Shown here in pieces: positions 19,629 to 29,301 of a stretch of DNA of 64,000 bases. The translations under genes were made by a program, and so were the position numbers. Numbering within the stretch: the stretch's first letter is position 1; each line of letters opens with the position of its first letter. The stretch is from Elusimicrobiota bacterium (lineage in GTDB: Bacteria > Elusimicrobiota > Elusimicrobia > UBA1565 > JACRDR01): the NCBI GenBank assembly GCA_041694815.1, contig JBGFSC010000007.1, positions 1 through 64,000 of the forward strand, written 5' to 3'. The notes below the pieces were generated by a model. The model did not search any database, was not told the DNA's origin, and was given only the letters and a program-made list of their open reading frames with translations.

Positions 19629-22282
19629 AATAAAGCCTCCTCGCGCAGTTTCCGCGAGAATAGGGGTTCGATGCTCATGAGCACATTTTTAGCTAGCAGG
19701 AGACAGCCTTCCGCGTTGGGCAATAGATTCTCGTAATATCCCGACGAATGTTCTCCAAAAACGTGCCGATGGTCGATGAGTGGCAAGCGAAGCTCGGCGG
19801 CGGCCGTGACGATCGCCTCGTTTAGCCAATGGGGTTCGGGATAGGTCTGAAGAAACAGCGATATTTCCTTCCGCCGGCAACGTTCGGCGATAGCCTCGAC
19901 GTCGTGGCGGAAAACCCGCCGATACAGGGGGAAATCGCGATAGTCTGGGACGCCATGTTCGGCGAATCGGCGATAGGCGTCGTCACCAGGCCTGATTTGG
20001 TGGAGCCGCCGAGCCAGCCGTCTCGCGCGACGCAGCTTTCCCATCCGATAATACGCAGTAAAGAGATGATACGCGACCTCCTCGTTGGTCGGATCGAAAT
20101 GAAAAGCCATCTCCAAGTGCGGCAGCGCCAGGGACGGCTTATTCATGAAATTTAAGTAGAGATAGCCCAGCGCGTGACGGAGCCGTCCATCATTCTTACT
20201 GCCGCGTGCTAGCAATTCTTCTAGGTACTGGATGGATTCCGGGAAATTCTTCTCCGCATTGAGCCGGGCGACGCGGCGAAGAACCTGAGAAATCCGGTCG
20301 GACTCCCGCGAAGGCGGCCCAACGGCGCTCCCGATGTTCCGATTGAACAAGGCGTCGGAAAGTCTCGACAAGAAGGACGGCGGGCGGTTAAAGAACAACG
20401 GATAATTACTCGCCGTAAAATTGGAGTTGTTGTTGTGTCCGATCCATAAAAGAACCATATCCGGGCGGTGGGCTTCCAGGTTTCTCTCGAAATCCCTAGC
20501 GGCCATGGAACTGTTGCACTGCGGATCGGCCGCATTGATGACCAGAATTTCGCGAGCCAGCCTGCCGTAACGCTCATAAAGCAGTTGCTTGAGGCGCTTC
20601 GGATAGGCATCCCCGCCTGCGACCCCGCCTCCCGCCGTGAAGGCGTCGCCAAGACAGAGAATACGAAGGGGCTCCTCATTCTCCGATTGAAGACTCTCCG
20701 CGGAAACACCGCGTGCGGCCAGCGATACGGCACACGCGTCGCGCTTTCTGCGCACCTCCTGGTTCTCAGGGTCGTATCGAAGGTACCTCTCATACTGCTT
20801 CAAGCTATGCCGATCGTCGCCCTTATATTCATAATACTGGGCTAGCCAGTAACTCTGGAATGCGTCGATCGGAACTTGATAGCCGTATTCGACCTCGACG
20901 CCCAGTGATTCGGCCAGATCGCAAAATCGACGATAGCGCTCTAAGCGAACCGGATAGGTATTGCGACCATCCTGCGATTCCCAGAAGATATCGCTCCCAT
21001 CCCCCCTAGAGAGGACGCCGTACTTCTCCCGCTGAATGCCGATGGGACTCGCGGGCTCCATCAGGGTGAAAGTATAGCTTGGGTAAACCTTAGGAAGATA
21101 CGGATGCACTCGCTTAAGAAACTCAAGGGTTCCCTCGAAATCCCTTTCGGTCTCCCCTGGAAAACCGAACATGAAATTCCCCTTAACGACTATCCCGGCC
21201 CGGGCCAGGTTCTGGAGCACCGCCTCCGTCGTGACGATGCTTTGCTCCTTCTTCATAAGATCGAGCACGTGCTGGGATCCGGACTCGATACCAATCTGGA
21301 CGTGGTTGCAGCCTGCACTCTTCATTTTACGGCAAAGCGCTTCGCTCATCTCCGGACGGATGATGCAGTTGCAATACTCCCAAGGATGGCGATAAACCGA
21401 ATCGTCGCCGAGGATGCGGTCGCAAAGGCGCTCCAAGGCTCTCATGTCCCCATTGATGAGCAGGTCGTAAAAATAGAGGCCGCGCACGTTCGGGATTATT
21501 CGCTCTTGATGCTTGATTTCGGCAAAAATGCGATCCCCGCTCATGGTTCTGTAGCCGGCCCAAGGCGTGCGGTACCCGCAAAACAGGCAACTGCGCACGC
21601 AGCCGCGGCTCGCCATAAACAGGATGAGGTTGCTGTCGTAGTTCTCGTAGGCTTCCAGGTCGAAGAGGCGGTAGTCGGCGAAGGGCAGCGCGTCTAACTC
21701 CACCGGCCTGCGGGCCGGTGTGAATCGTGCTAAGCCCTTGTCCGGGTAGCACAGTCCGGAGCAGCCTTCGACATCCCGGCCCTCCTTCCAGCACTGCAGC
21801 AGTTCCGCGAAGGAGTATTCTCCATCGCTAAAGATGACGGCATCCACCGCTCCAGACTTCACTGCCGTGACCGCTTCGTCCCGGCGGACTGTAAAATGTT
21901 GGCCGCCAAAGGCTACGCGGGTCCCAGGGCTCGCATCCTTGATTCTCCGAGCCAGGTAGAGGCTGGATTCCATGGAGCAACAGTTGACCGAGAATCCCAC
22001 AGCCGCCTCGCCGACCGCCGAGATCCGGCGCAGGTACTGAGAGGTCACGAACTCCCGGTTCGCCTCGAAGAATTTGGCGACCCAGTCAGGCTGCGTCCAG
22101 GCGGAGGAGAAACCGGCCTCCCAGGCGTACCGGTAGGATTCCCCCCGCCTTCGGTATAGGTCGACGTTCATGTCGAAGGCCTCAACCTCGTGTCCGGCCT
22201 GGGCAAGATAGGCGCCCAGTTGCGCGATGCCAATGGGCGGCGACAGCCCCCAGAGTGGCGCTTGGACCAGAAAGACCTTCAT
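19625..22282 (-). CDS. Cobalamin-binding radical SAM fused to TPRs and a degenerate SGNH/GDSL domain
   Basis: SRGCVRSCLFC, GIESGS, GFPGETE; C-terminal ILCLGDAFTAG, VINAA, PDMVLLWIGHNN, LPNAEG with a TPR insertion. Confidence 0.9.
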   Translation of the reverse strand: MKVFLVQAPLWGLSPPIGIAQLGAYLAQAGHEVEAFDMNVDLYRRRGESYRYAWEAGFSSAWTQPDWVAKFFEANREFVTSQYLRRISAVGEAAVGFSVNCCSMESSLYLARRIKDASPGTRVAFGGQHFTVRRDEAVTAVKSGAVDAVIFSDGEYSFAELLQCWKEGRDVEGCSGLCYPDKGLARFTPARRPVELDALPFADYRLFDLEAYENYDSNLILFMASRGCVRSCLFCGYRTPWAGYRTMSGDRIFAEIKHQERIIPNVRGLYFYDLLINGDMRALERLCDRILGDDSVYRHPWEYCNCIIRPEMSEALCRKMKSAGCNHVQIGIESGSQHVLDLMKKEQSIVTTEAVLQNLARAGIVVKGNFMFGFPGETERDFEGTLEFLKRVHPYLPKVYPSYTFTLMEPASPIGIQREKYGVLSRGDGSDIFWESQDGRNTYPVRLERYRRFCDLAESLGVEVEYGYQVPIDAFQSYWLAQYYEYKGDDRHSLKQYERYLRYDPENQEVRRKRDACAVSLAARGVSAESLQSENEEPLRILCLGDAFTAGGGVAGGDAYPKRLKQLLYERYGRLAREILVINAADPQCNSSMAARDFERNLEAHRPDMVLLWIGHNNNSNFTASNYPLFFNRPPSFLSRLSDALFNRNIGSAVGPPSRESDRISQVLRRVARLNAEKNFPESIQYLEELLARGSKNDGRLRHALGYLYLNFMNKPSLALPHLEMAFHFDPTNEEVAYHLFTAYYRMGKLRRARRLARRLHQIRPGDDAYRRFAEHGVPDYRDFPLYRRVFRHDVEAIAERCRRKEISLFLQTYPEPHWLNEAIVTAAAELRLPLIDHRHVFGEHSSGYYENLLPNAEGCLLLAKNVLMSIEPLFSRKLREEALL

Positions 22283-23436
22283 AGATTCGGAGCGCTCCAG
22301 CGCTTGACCCAGCGCGTCTCCTGGCCCAGCACCATGCACCGGTCGCAGGGACAGGGATCGTAGTCACACCAGGCCGGCTCGTCTAAGAGCTTGAGGCCGT
22401 CGTCGAAGAACAAATTCCCCAAATAGACTTTCTCGCGGAACAGATGCCACGGCATGTCGTCGCGCAGCTGCGCGCAGCAGCGGAAGGTGTCTCCGTTCGC
22501 GTAGGTCTTGGCGTATTTCTGCCCCATCCGGCAGAGCACCGGCTCGCGCCTGGGCCGCTCCTCCGCCGAAGGCGCCAGATCAGCCCAAGGAAATGGCGAC
22601 CAATTCCCCGGCTTCTTCTCAAGCAGCGGACCCTCTCCGCGCGCCTGCCGTTCCGCCTCGATCTTGCGTAGCTGGTTTTCGGTGCCGCTGCGCATGGTAC
22701 TCCCCTTCCAAGCGAAGCGAACCCGGCTGAGCTCGGTATCGATGCCAGGCTCGGTCAAGGCCTCGTCGATAAGGCGCTTCTCCTCCTCGGTGTAGCCGTC
22801 CGGATAGACGGCGGTCTTCCGATAGACTCCCTGGAACGGCTGGATGTAGCACTGCAGGCCCGCCCTGTGGAACTCACGCTTGACGCGCGCCATCCCGGCC
22901 AGCTGATTAGGGTAGGCCACGTAGTTGATGAAGATTTGCGCGATGCCGTTGGCCTGCAGGAAGGTACATTTCTCCAGAAAGGGTTCGAGCCTCGAGAACT
23001 GGGGATGGAACGAGGCGGATATCCGGATGCGCCGGAGATCCAGGATCGACGCAAAGCGCCGGACGTCGAAGCTCAAGTTGGTGTCGAGCGTGACGGTGTG
23101 AAGGCCGACGAGGATACCCATGAGGTCGTAGAAGCGCGGGTAGCTGGAGCACTCGCCGCCGCTGAGCTCGATATGGCAGGAGCCGTAGAGAGCGCGCAGG
23201 CGGGTCCAGACCTCGGCGAGGCGCTTGAGGCCGGGATAAGCGTTCATCGAGTAGTGGCTCTCCCACCCAACCGCCGTATAGTTGCAGTAGCTGCAGCGGT
23301 AATTGCAGGTGTAGACGAGCTCCCAGTTCCAAAAGACAGGCATCTTGCCCGCGTCGAAGAGGGCCTCGGCGCCCTGGGACTGGCCCTGAAGCAGCTCGTT
23401 GCCCAAGCTCGTCGCGGTCGACATTACGCGGAGCAC
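22279..23436 (-). CDS. Radical SAM protein, close paralog of 13479..14624
   Basis: WELVYTCNYRCSYC, TNLSFDV, CRMG...RCCAQLRDD...CDYDPCPCDRC. Exact start uncertain. Confidence 0.9.
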   Translation of the reverse strand: MLRVMSTATSLGNELLQGQSQGAEALFDAGKMPVFWNWELVYTCNYRCSYCNYTAVGWESHYSMNAYPGLKRLAEVWTRLRALYGSCHIELSGGECSSYPRFYDLMGILVGLHTVTLDTNLSFDVRRFASILDLRRIRISASFHPQFSRLEPFLEKCTFLQANGIAQIFINYVAYPNQLAGMARVKREFHRAGLQCYIQPFQGVYRKTAVYPDGYTEEEKRLIDEALTEPGIDTELSRVRFAWKGSTMRSGTENQLRKIEAERQARGEGPLLEKKPGNWSPFPWADLAPSAEERPRREPVLCRMGQKYAKTYANGDTFRCCAQLRDDMPWHLFREKVYLGNLFFDDGLKLLDEPAWCDYDPCPCDRCMVLGQETRWVKRWSAPNL

Positions 23437-24809
23437 TCCGCCGCGTGCCGTGCCTTCGCATCGGCATACCCGATCACGCTGATTCCCGCCTCCGCCGCGC
23501 AGCGCACGACCTCCCGGACCCGCGCCTTACGCACCGAGTCGTCGTTGGAGCCGTCCTTGGATTTCCAGAGATGCCCCATGGGTCCCAATGCGATGTCGAA
23601 CTCCTCGGCGTGCCGCTCGATGTAATTGTTGTTGCCCACCCACAACTCGCTCGGTGGGCCGATATGCGAGATGTGCCGCCGGTTACGCACGAGGAACTCC
23701 TTGGTCAAGCGCAGATCGTCCTCCGTCTCCCCGGGAAATCCCACAATCACGTTAAGGTTCACCTCGACGCCGGCATCAAAACAGTCCCGGAGCATCTGTT
23801 CGGCATGCTCGACGATATATCCCTTCTTCATGCGGCGCAGTATCTTGGGTGAGCCGCTCTCGAAACCGATGTCGAGTCGCTTGAGGCCTGCACGGGCGAG
23901 CTTCTGAAGCAGGGCGCGCCCGTTATCGGGTCGAAATACCGCGGCGCCGCCCCAGGTTACCCGCACGTCCTCGACAATGAGGAGGTCGGCCAGGCGCTCG
24001 ATTTCCTTGAGGTTGAGATTCAGCGCCGCGACGTCGATCTCGAAATGCCTCGTCCTCGGATGCCGCGCCAATTGCCAGCGCATTTCGTCGAATATACTCC
24101 TGGCGCTCCGGTGCCGGTACGTCTTCCAGCTCTCGTAGATGTTGCAGAAGACGCATCGGCGCACGCATCCTCGATTGAAGGACAGCGGCAGTGTTTCGCG
24201 CATGAAATACGCGTCTAGATCGAAATGGGAGAAGTCCGGAAACGGCAACGAGTCGAGATATCGGATTTCTTCGCGGTCTCCGCCGCTTTTGGCTAAGCCG
24301 CAGCTCTTGACCACCGCGCCGTCAACGAGGGGAAGCTCATCCTCTCCCTCGGCGCCAGTCAGCAGGCAGGCCAGCGTCTCCTCGCCCTCCCCAGGGATCA
24401 CGGCGTCGACGCAGTCCATCCGGATGAGCTCGGCCGCCTCGAAGCCCGCCTGGGGGCCTCCCAAAATGATCCACGGACTGGGCCCTCTACTGCGAATCCG
24501 TTCGGCCAACAGCAGGACGGAAGAACGGGTCGTGACCCACGTCGAAAAGGCGACGGCGCTCGGAGCGTCCCGCAGGATATCGTCAACCCACGACTCGAAT
24601 AGCTCGGGGCGCTCATGGGCAAGCTGCGGCGCAAACTCCCAATGTCCCCAAACGCTCTCTTGGTCCGCAAAAGGCAGATCCTTGGTGACATTGAGATCGA
24701 TTACCCGAACGGAGTGCCCGCGCGCCTGCAGGTACGCGGCAATGTAGCCGACGCCGATGAGCGGACAGCGGCGGATCAGCATAGGCGGCACGACTAGGAC
24801 CACCTTCAT
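23424..24809 (-). CDS. Cobalamin-binding radical SAM protein
   Basis: ILGGP, GEGE, RGCVRRCVFC, GFESGS, GFPGETEDD. Confidence 0.92.
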   Translation of the reverse strand: MKVVLVVPPMLIRRCPLIGVGYIAAYLQARGHSVRVIDLNVTKDLPFADQESVWGHWEFAPQLAHERPELFESWVDDILRDAPSAVAFSTWVTTRSSVLLLAERIRSRGPSPWIILGGPQAGFEAAELIRMDCVDAVIPGEGEETLACLLTGAEGEDELPLVDGAVVKSCGLAKSGGDREEIRYLDSLPFPDFSHFDLDAYFMRETLPLSFNRGCVRRCVFCNIYESWKTYRHRSARSIFDEMRWQLARHPRTRHFEIDVAALNLNLKEIERLADLLIVEDVRVTWGGAAVFRPDNGRALLQKLARAGLKRLDIGFESGSPKILRRMKKGYIVEHAEQMLRDCFDAGVEVNLNVIVGFPGETEDDLRLTKEFLVRNRRHISHIGPPSELWVGNNNYIERHAEEFDIALGPMGHLWKSKDGSNDDSVRKARVREVVRCAAEAGISVIGYADAKARHAAECSA

Positions 24810-24812
24810 AAG

Positions 24813-25499
24813 TTAAGGCCCGAGCATCGGCTCCACCGTCGGTGCCGCCTCAAATGGCGCCATAGCCGGACGGTCCATGACCGCAGCAGCGATTCCCTTT
24901 TTCCCGCACTCTTCCAAAAAACGGATGGCGTCCTGACCCCCACCGCAGACCGTTCCATAATGTATTGGAACCGCTAGGCGTGGCCGCAGTCTCTCCGCCG
25001 CGGCAGCCGCTCCACCGCCCCCCAGGCTGTAGAGGTTGTCAACGGGAAGAAACGCGACGTCGGGAGCTAAACCGTTCATCTCATCAATCGGATCGGTGTC
25101 GCCAGCATGGTAGAACCTGGATCCCTCGATGACTGCCAGAAAGCCTAGCCAACCCTTATCACGGGGATGATATGGCTTTTTTTGATTGTAGGCGGGGAGG
25201 GCCTGCACCTCGACCCCCAGGATACGCTTGCGCTCCCCTGGAGCCATGGGGAGCTGATTGAGGCGGAACTTTGAAACGCACTCCCTCGGCCCAGCCACGA
25301 TCGTCTGGGATGTCGAGAGGCTTTCCACGTCTTCGATAGAACAGTGATCATAATGGGGGTGGGTGAGGAATATGATGTCGGCTTTCGGCAGGGAATCGGG
25401 AGCGTTGAACGGGTCGAAATAGATGTTGAGGGAACCCCGGAGCCAAAGTCCCGAATGGCCCAGCCACGCAACGCGATTCGAGAGCTCCGCGGCGTTCAT
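24813..25499 (-). CDS. MBL-fold metallo-hydrolase, paralog of 14627..15310
   Basis: WLGHS, THPHYDH, YHAGDT, PIHYG. Confidence 0.9.
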   Translation of the reverse strand: MNAAELSNRVAWLGHSGLWLRGSLNIYFDPFNAPDSLPKADIIFLTHPHYDHCSIEDVESLSTSQTIVAGPRECVSKFRLNQLPMAPGERKRILGVEVQALPAYNQKKPYHPRDKGWLGFLAVIEGSRFYHAGDTDPIDEMNGLAPDVAFLPVDNLYSLGGGGAAAAAERLRPRLAVPIHYGTVCGGGQDAIRFLEECGKKGIAAAVMDRPAMAPFEAAPTVEPMLGP

Positions 25500-26422
25500 A
25501 CGACGCGCACCTCGCCCCGCCGATTGAGCGCCTCGATGTCAGACTCCTCCCAAGCCGATTGGAACTCCTTGCAGCGGCAATAGTCGACAAGGCAGGCCAT
25601 GCCCTTCGGGAAGAGCTCGAAACCCGGGTCGAAAATGCTCCCAATGGACTGCTCTTCGCGTCCCAACTGTCCGCACCGATATACGCGCCCGTCGGCCTGC
25701 ACCACAGCGTAACGCTGCCCCGCACCACAGACCTTGCCGTTGATAGGGATCGGGTCGAGCCCCACCGTCTCAGGACCGATATCCGTGCCGATGACATTCT
25801 TGATCCAGCGCTTCTCATCCTCGGTATAGGCCTGTGGATATTGCTTATCCTTGTAGCGCCCCCAAAAAATCGCCATGTTCATGTAAATGCCGCTGTCGAG
25901 GAAACGTTGCTTAATCTCTCCCATCTTTTCCATTTGGGGCGGGTAGGCGAGGTAACAAACGTTTGCGGTAAATCCTGCTCGTCGCAGTCGGAGCACGTTC
26001 TCCAGGAACGGCTCTAGCTCGCCCTGCAAGGGATGAAACGTGCAATCGAGCTCCGCCTGCTGCGGGTCGATGCGCTGGGTAAACTCCTCGATAGCCTCCC
26101 TCTGCGAGCAGTTGGACGTGATTTGCACATCGTGGATCTTGGAGACGGCGGCGACAACGTCGACAAAGCGTGGGTAGGTAAAGGGCTCGCCGGCCGTAAT
26201 CCGCAGCTGGCAGCGCCCGTATTTGGTGCATATCCGGTTCCAAACCTCGACCCATTCCTCGGCCGTCTTGTAGTTGCTCTTTTTGGCCAACTCCGTCCAG
26301 CCCGCTTCCGTGTAAAAGCAATATGGGCAACGATAATTGCATGAATAATGCATGTCCCAGGCAAAAACAACGCGCCGGCGTGGCAACTTTGATGACATGT
26401 TCATTTCGCTCATGGCAACCAC
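25496..26422 (-). CDS. Radical SAM protein, short paralogous family
   Basis: CNYRCPYC, AGEP, TFHP, LAYP, CGAG...RC...CLVDYCRC. Start may be 26413. Confidence 0.9.
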   Translation of the reverse strand: MVAMSEMNMSSKLPRRRVVFAWDMHYSCNYRCPYCFYTEAGWTELAKKSNYKTAEEWVEVWNRICTKYGRCQLRITAGEPFTYPRFVDVVAAVSKIHDVQITSNCSQREAIEEFTQRIDPQQAELDCTFHPLQGELEPFLENVLRLRRAGFTANVCYLAYPPQMEKMGEIKQRFLDSGIYMNMAIFWGRYKDKQYPQAYTEDEKRWIKNVIGTDIGPETVGLDPIPINGKVCGAGQRYAVVQADGRVYRCGQLGREEQSIGSIFDPGFELFPKGMACLVDYCRCKEFQSAWEESDIEALNRRGEVRVV

Positions 26423-27258
26423 GCACCCGCTTTTTCCGGCGGTTTTTCATCCGGAATGACTTTCCATTCATCGCAGGGGCAGAAGGTGACATCGCACGGC
26501 ATCGGCTCCGGCAGAAGTGAGAAACCCGGATCAAAAAAGTCCCCGATGAGCTGCCGATCCCCGATCTGCCCGCAGCGGGCCACCTTCCCCGTGGGCAAAA
26601 GTAACGCCGATTGATAGCCGGCCTTGCACAGCATGCCATCATGACGCTTGTGCTCCATCCAGTCCTCGCGCATCCCCAATAGCTCCCGTTGCTCGGCGGT
26701 ATACTGGGACGGATACGAACAACCCTTATACTCGCCGATGAACGGGATGACCTTCAGGCTCTCTCCGATCGCCTGAAACCGCTCGATAATGCCCGCCAGA
26801 TCCTTTAAGAACGGTGGCCAGGCAACGAAATTAATGCATCCGATCGTCACGCGGGCCTTCCTCAGGAATCGGACCGTCTCGATGAACTTTTCCAGGTCAT
26901 GATATTGGGGATGAAAACTGACCGATAAAGATACCTTTTCAGGATCGATCCGTTCGACGAATTCCCCGAGGGATAAGGAGGTATTGGTCGTAATATTGAT
27001 ATGCCAATGCATCTTTGATATCCGGTGGATCAGCTCTACGAAGTTGGGGTACGCGAAAGGCTCCCCCCCGTTAATCGTCAGGTAACAGCGGCCGTACTTA
27101 TCGTAAATCCGGCTCCAATGGGAGACCCACTCATCGACGGTTTGATAGACGTTGCGCCGACCATATTCCGCCCAATGCTGGTCGAAAAAACAATAGGTGC
27201 AGCGGTAGTTGCAGCTCCAATGGATATTCCACGTGAAGCGAACCTGTTGGCTAGGCAA
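26410..27258 (-). CDS. Radical SAM protein, short paralogous family
   Basis: CNYRCTYC, GGEP, SFHP, CKAG...RC...CDVTFCPC. Confidence 0.9.
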   Translation of the reverse strand: MPSQQVRFTWNIHWSCNYRCTYCFFDQHWAEYGRRNVYQTVDEWVSHWSRIYDKYGRCYLTINGGEPFAYPNFVELIHRISKMHWHINITTNTSLSLGEFVERIDPEKVSLSVSFHPQYHDLEKFIETVRFLRKARVTIGCINFVAWPPFLKDLAGIIERFQAIGESLKVIPFIGEYKGCSYPSQYTAEQRELLGMREDWMEHKRHDGMLCKAGYQSALLLPTGKVARCGQIGDRQLIGDFFDPGFSLLPEPMPCDVTFCPCDEWKVIPDEKPPEKAGAWLP

Positions 27259-28168
27259 TCAACGCCCCCGCGTTACGAAATCTTTCGGCCTCGTCGACCA
27301 GCCAGCGATAGGCGCAGCCGCAAGAGGAAGACCGGCATTCCTTAGGTGAATCAGTGAGATCAAAGCTCTGATCGATGAAGCTCCCCATCGGCTCCCAACG
27401 ACGCACTCCGTACTCCTGGCACCGATAGATCAAACCATTCGGCATGAGGCAGGCATATTTCTGGCCGGAACGACATAAGCGACCCTTCGGCGATACGGCA
27501 TGCTCGTTGAGGAGGTGATCCACCAGCTCGACCTGCTTACTGCGGATGCTGTCGCGCGCTTCCCGTTGGGCTGCGCCAGCGATAGCCGCCTTCTCCTCGA
27601 TGGAATATCCCTCTGGATACTCGATCCCGTTCCACCGGCCATTAAATGGAGTCAAAACGAAAGGCAGATCCTTTGACTTAAAAACCTTTCTGTATTCCTC
27701 AAGGCGTCCCAGGGACGGTGGATAGGCCACGAAACGACAATTAACGACAAATCCCCTCTCCTTTAAGCAAGCGGCCTTGGCGACGAAGGTTCCCGCTTCC
27801 ATCTCGGAAGGATGAAAACTCGTTTCCACACGCAGCCGGGACGGCTGAACTTCAGCCATGAAGCGCTGTAAGGTCGCCATCGGCCAGGAAAGATTCGTAT
27901 CAAAAATGACATGGTGCGTCCGGGACAACTCCCGCAGCATCGAGATAAAGCCGCGATACAGCGTCGGTTCGCCGCTGCCTGAAATGTAGATTACGGCAGG
28001 ACCGTAGCGCTGGCCGAACCGCTGCCATGCCTTAAGCCATAGCTCATACGGATAGACCTTTTCCGTTCGGACCAACTCTTCGCGAAGACCAAAGGAATAC
28101 GAGCAGTAGGGACAGTCGAAATTGCACCGAGAGTTAAGATACCACAGAATCTCGACCGCAGGGCTCAT
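27251..28168 (-). CDS. Radical SAM protein, short paralogous family
   Basis: CNFDCPYC, SGEP, DTNLS, SFHP, VAYP, CRSG...RC...CRSSSCGC. Start at the ATGA overlap. Confidence 0.9.
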   Translation of the reverse strand: MSPAVEILWYLNSRCNFDCPYCSYSFGLREELVRTEKVYPYELWLKAWQRFGQRYGPAVIYISGSGEPTLYRGFISMLRELSRTHHVIFDTNLSWPMATLQRFMAEVQPSRLRVETSFHPSEMEAGTFVAKAACLKERGFVVNCRFVAYPPSLGRLEEYRKVFKSKDLPFVLTPFNGRWNGIEYPEGYSIEEKAAIAGAAQREARDSIRSKQVELVDHLLNEHAVSPKGRLCRSGQKYACLMPNGLIYRCQEYGVRRWEPMGSFIDQSFDLTDSPKECRSSSCGCAYRWLVDEAERFRNAGALIA

Positions 28169-29301
28169 GGCTTTCTCAACGCCTCGTTGTACTCCTTGAC
28201 GATTTGCGCGGGGTCCTTGTGGCGGTGGATGACGTGGGCCTTCCAATCGTTGATGCCCACCGGATTGTGCCGCGGGCAGGTTTGCAGGCAGCCCGTACCG
28301 TCGCGCAGGGCCTTACGGATGGCGCGGTAATGCGGACCGTTCCATATCTCCTGAAAGGTCTTCTCCAATAACGACTCATTGAAATTACCATAAACGTCGC
28401 ACGGCAGGATATGGCCGTCGACATTGAACATCGTCTGGTACCATGGCTCGTGGCAGCAGCTCGGCTTTTCGTAGGCCGTCGGATTCTGGCCGAACTTGTG
28501 CGGGAGCTGGACGTCGATGCCGACCTCCGCGGCTACCTTCCGGGACTCCTCGACGTAACGGTTGGCCAGTTCTTGCTTAAAAAAGAGGGAGAGGTATTTC
28601 TGCTGCGACTCGTAGATATAGAAGTAGCCGGCCAGCACCCGGTCGGCGCCCAGCTCTTTGGCAAAGCGGATAAAATCCGGGAGCTGCTCAACGTTCAAGG
28701 TCGTCATGACGAACATGAAATAAACCTTGGGGTTTCCAGTCTTCTTGCGCAGTTCCATAAGATAGCGGATGTTTTCCAGCACCCGGTCGAAGGCGTTGTA
28801 GCGCATCATCCGCTTATGGCCTTCCTCGTCGCTGGCGTGCAGCGAGAGTTGCAGAACGTATTTGCTCCCTCCCGCGGCGATCAGTTCGCAAAGTCGGGGC
28901 TTCAAGTGCGACGCGTTGGTCGCGATGTATTTGTCGACATGCGGGAACTCGCGATTGAAATATTGAAGGATACGCTCGGAGTCCGGCAGGCCCAGAAACT
29001 CCCCGGAGCCTGTCAGGATCACCTGCTGCGCGCGTCGCAAGATCGGCGTCATCTGCGCGCCGTGCTTGTCAAGGTAGTCGTCGAGCCTGAATAAGGGATA
29101 GTCGTAGCCTTTCGAACAGAAGATGCAGTCGGCGTTGCAGACGGCATTAATCTGGATAAAAACGTTCCGCGGCGTGCTCGATAGGATCAGCCGGCGCTCG
29201 TTCCACTCGCGCTCGTTAAGCTCGAGGTTTTCTTTCTGCAGCCTCTCTAGGGCCTGCCGCCGGAGGGCCGACAGCGGGAGAGAGGCCGCTGGGACGGTCA
29301 T
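28165..29301 (-). CDS. Radical SAM protein with SPASM/twitch domain
   Basis: CNADCIFC, GSGE, CHEPW...LPC...IWNG...CLQTC. Start at the ATGA overlap. Confidence 0.9.
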   Translation of the reverse strand: MTVPAASLPLSALRRQALERLQKENLELNEREWNERRLILSSTPRNVFIQINAVCNADCIFCSKGYDYPLFRLDDYLDKHGAQMTPILRRAQQVILTGSGEFLGLPDSERILQYFNREFPHVDKYIATNASHLKPRLCELIAAGGSKYVLQLSLHASDEEGHKRMMRYNAFDRVLENIRYLMELRKKTGNPKVYFMFVMTTLNVEQLPDFIRFAKELGADRVLAGYFYIYESQQKYLSLFFKQELANRYVEESRKVAAEVGIDVQLPHKFGQNPTAYEKPSCCHEPWYQTMFNVDGHILPCDVYGNFNESLLEKTFQEIWNGPHYRAIRKALRDGTGCLQTCPRHNPVGINDWKAHVIHRHKDPAQIVKEYNEALRKP

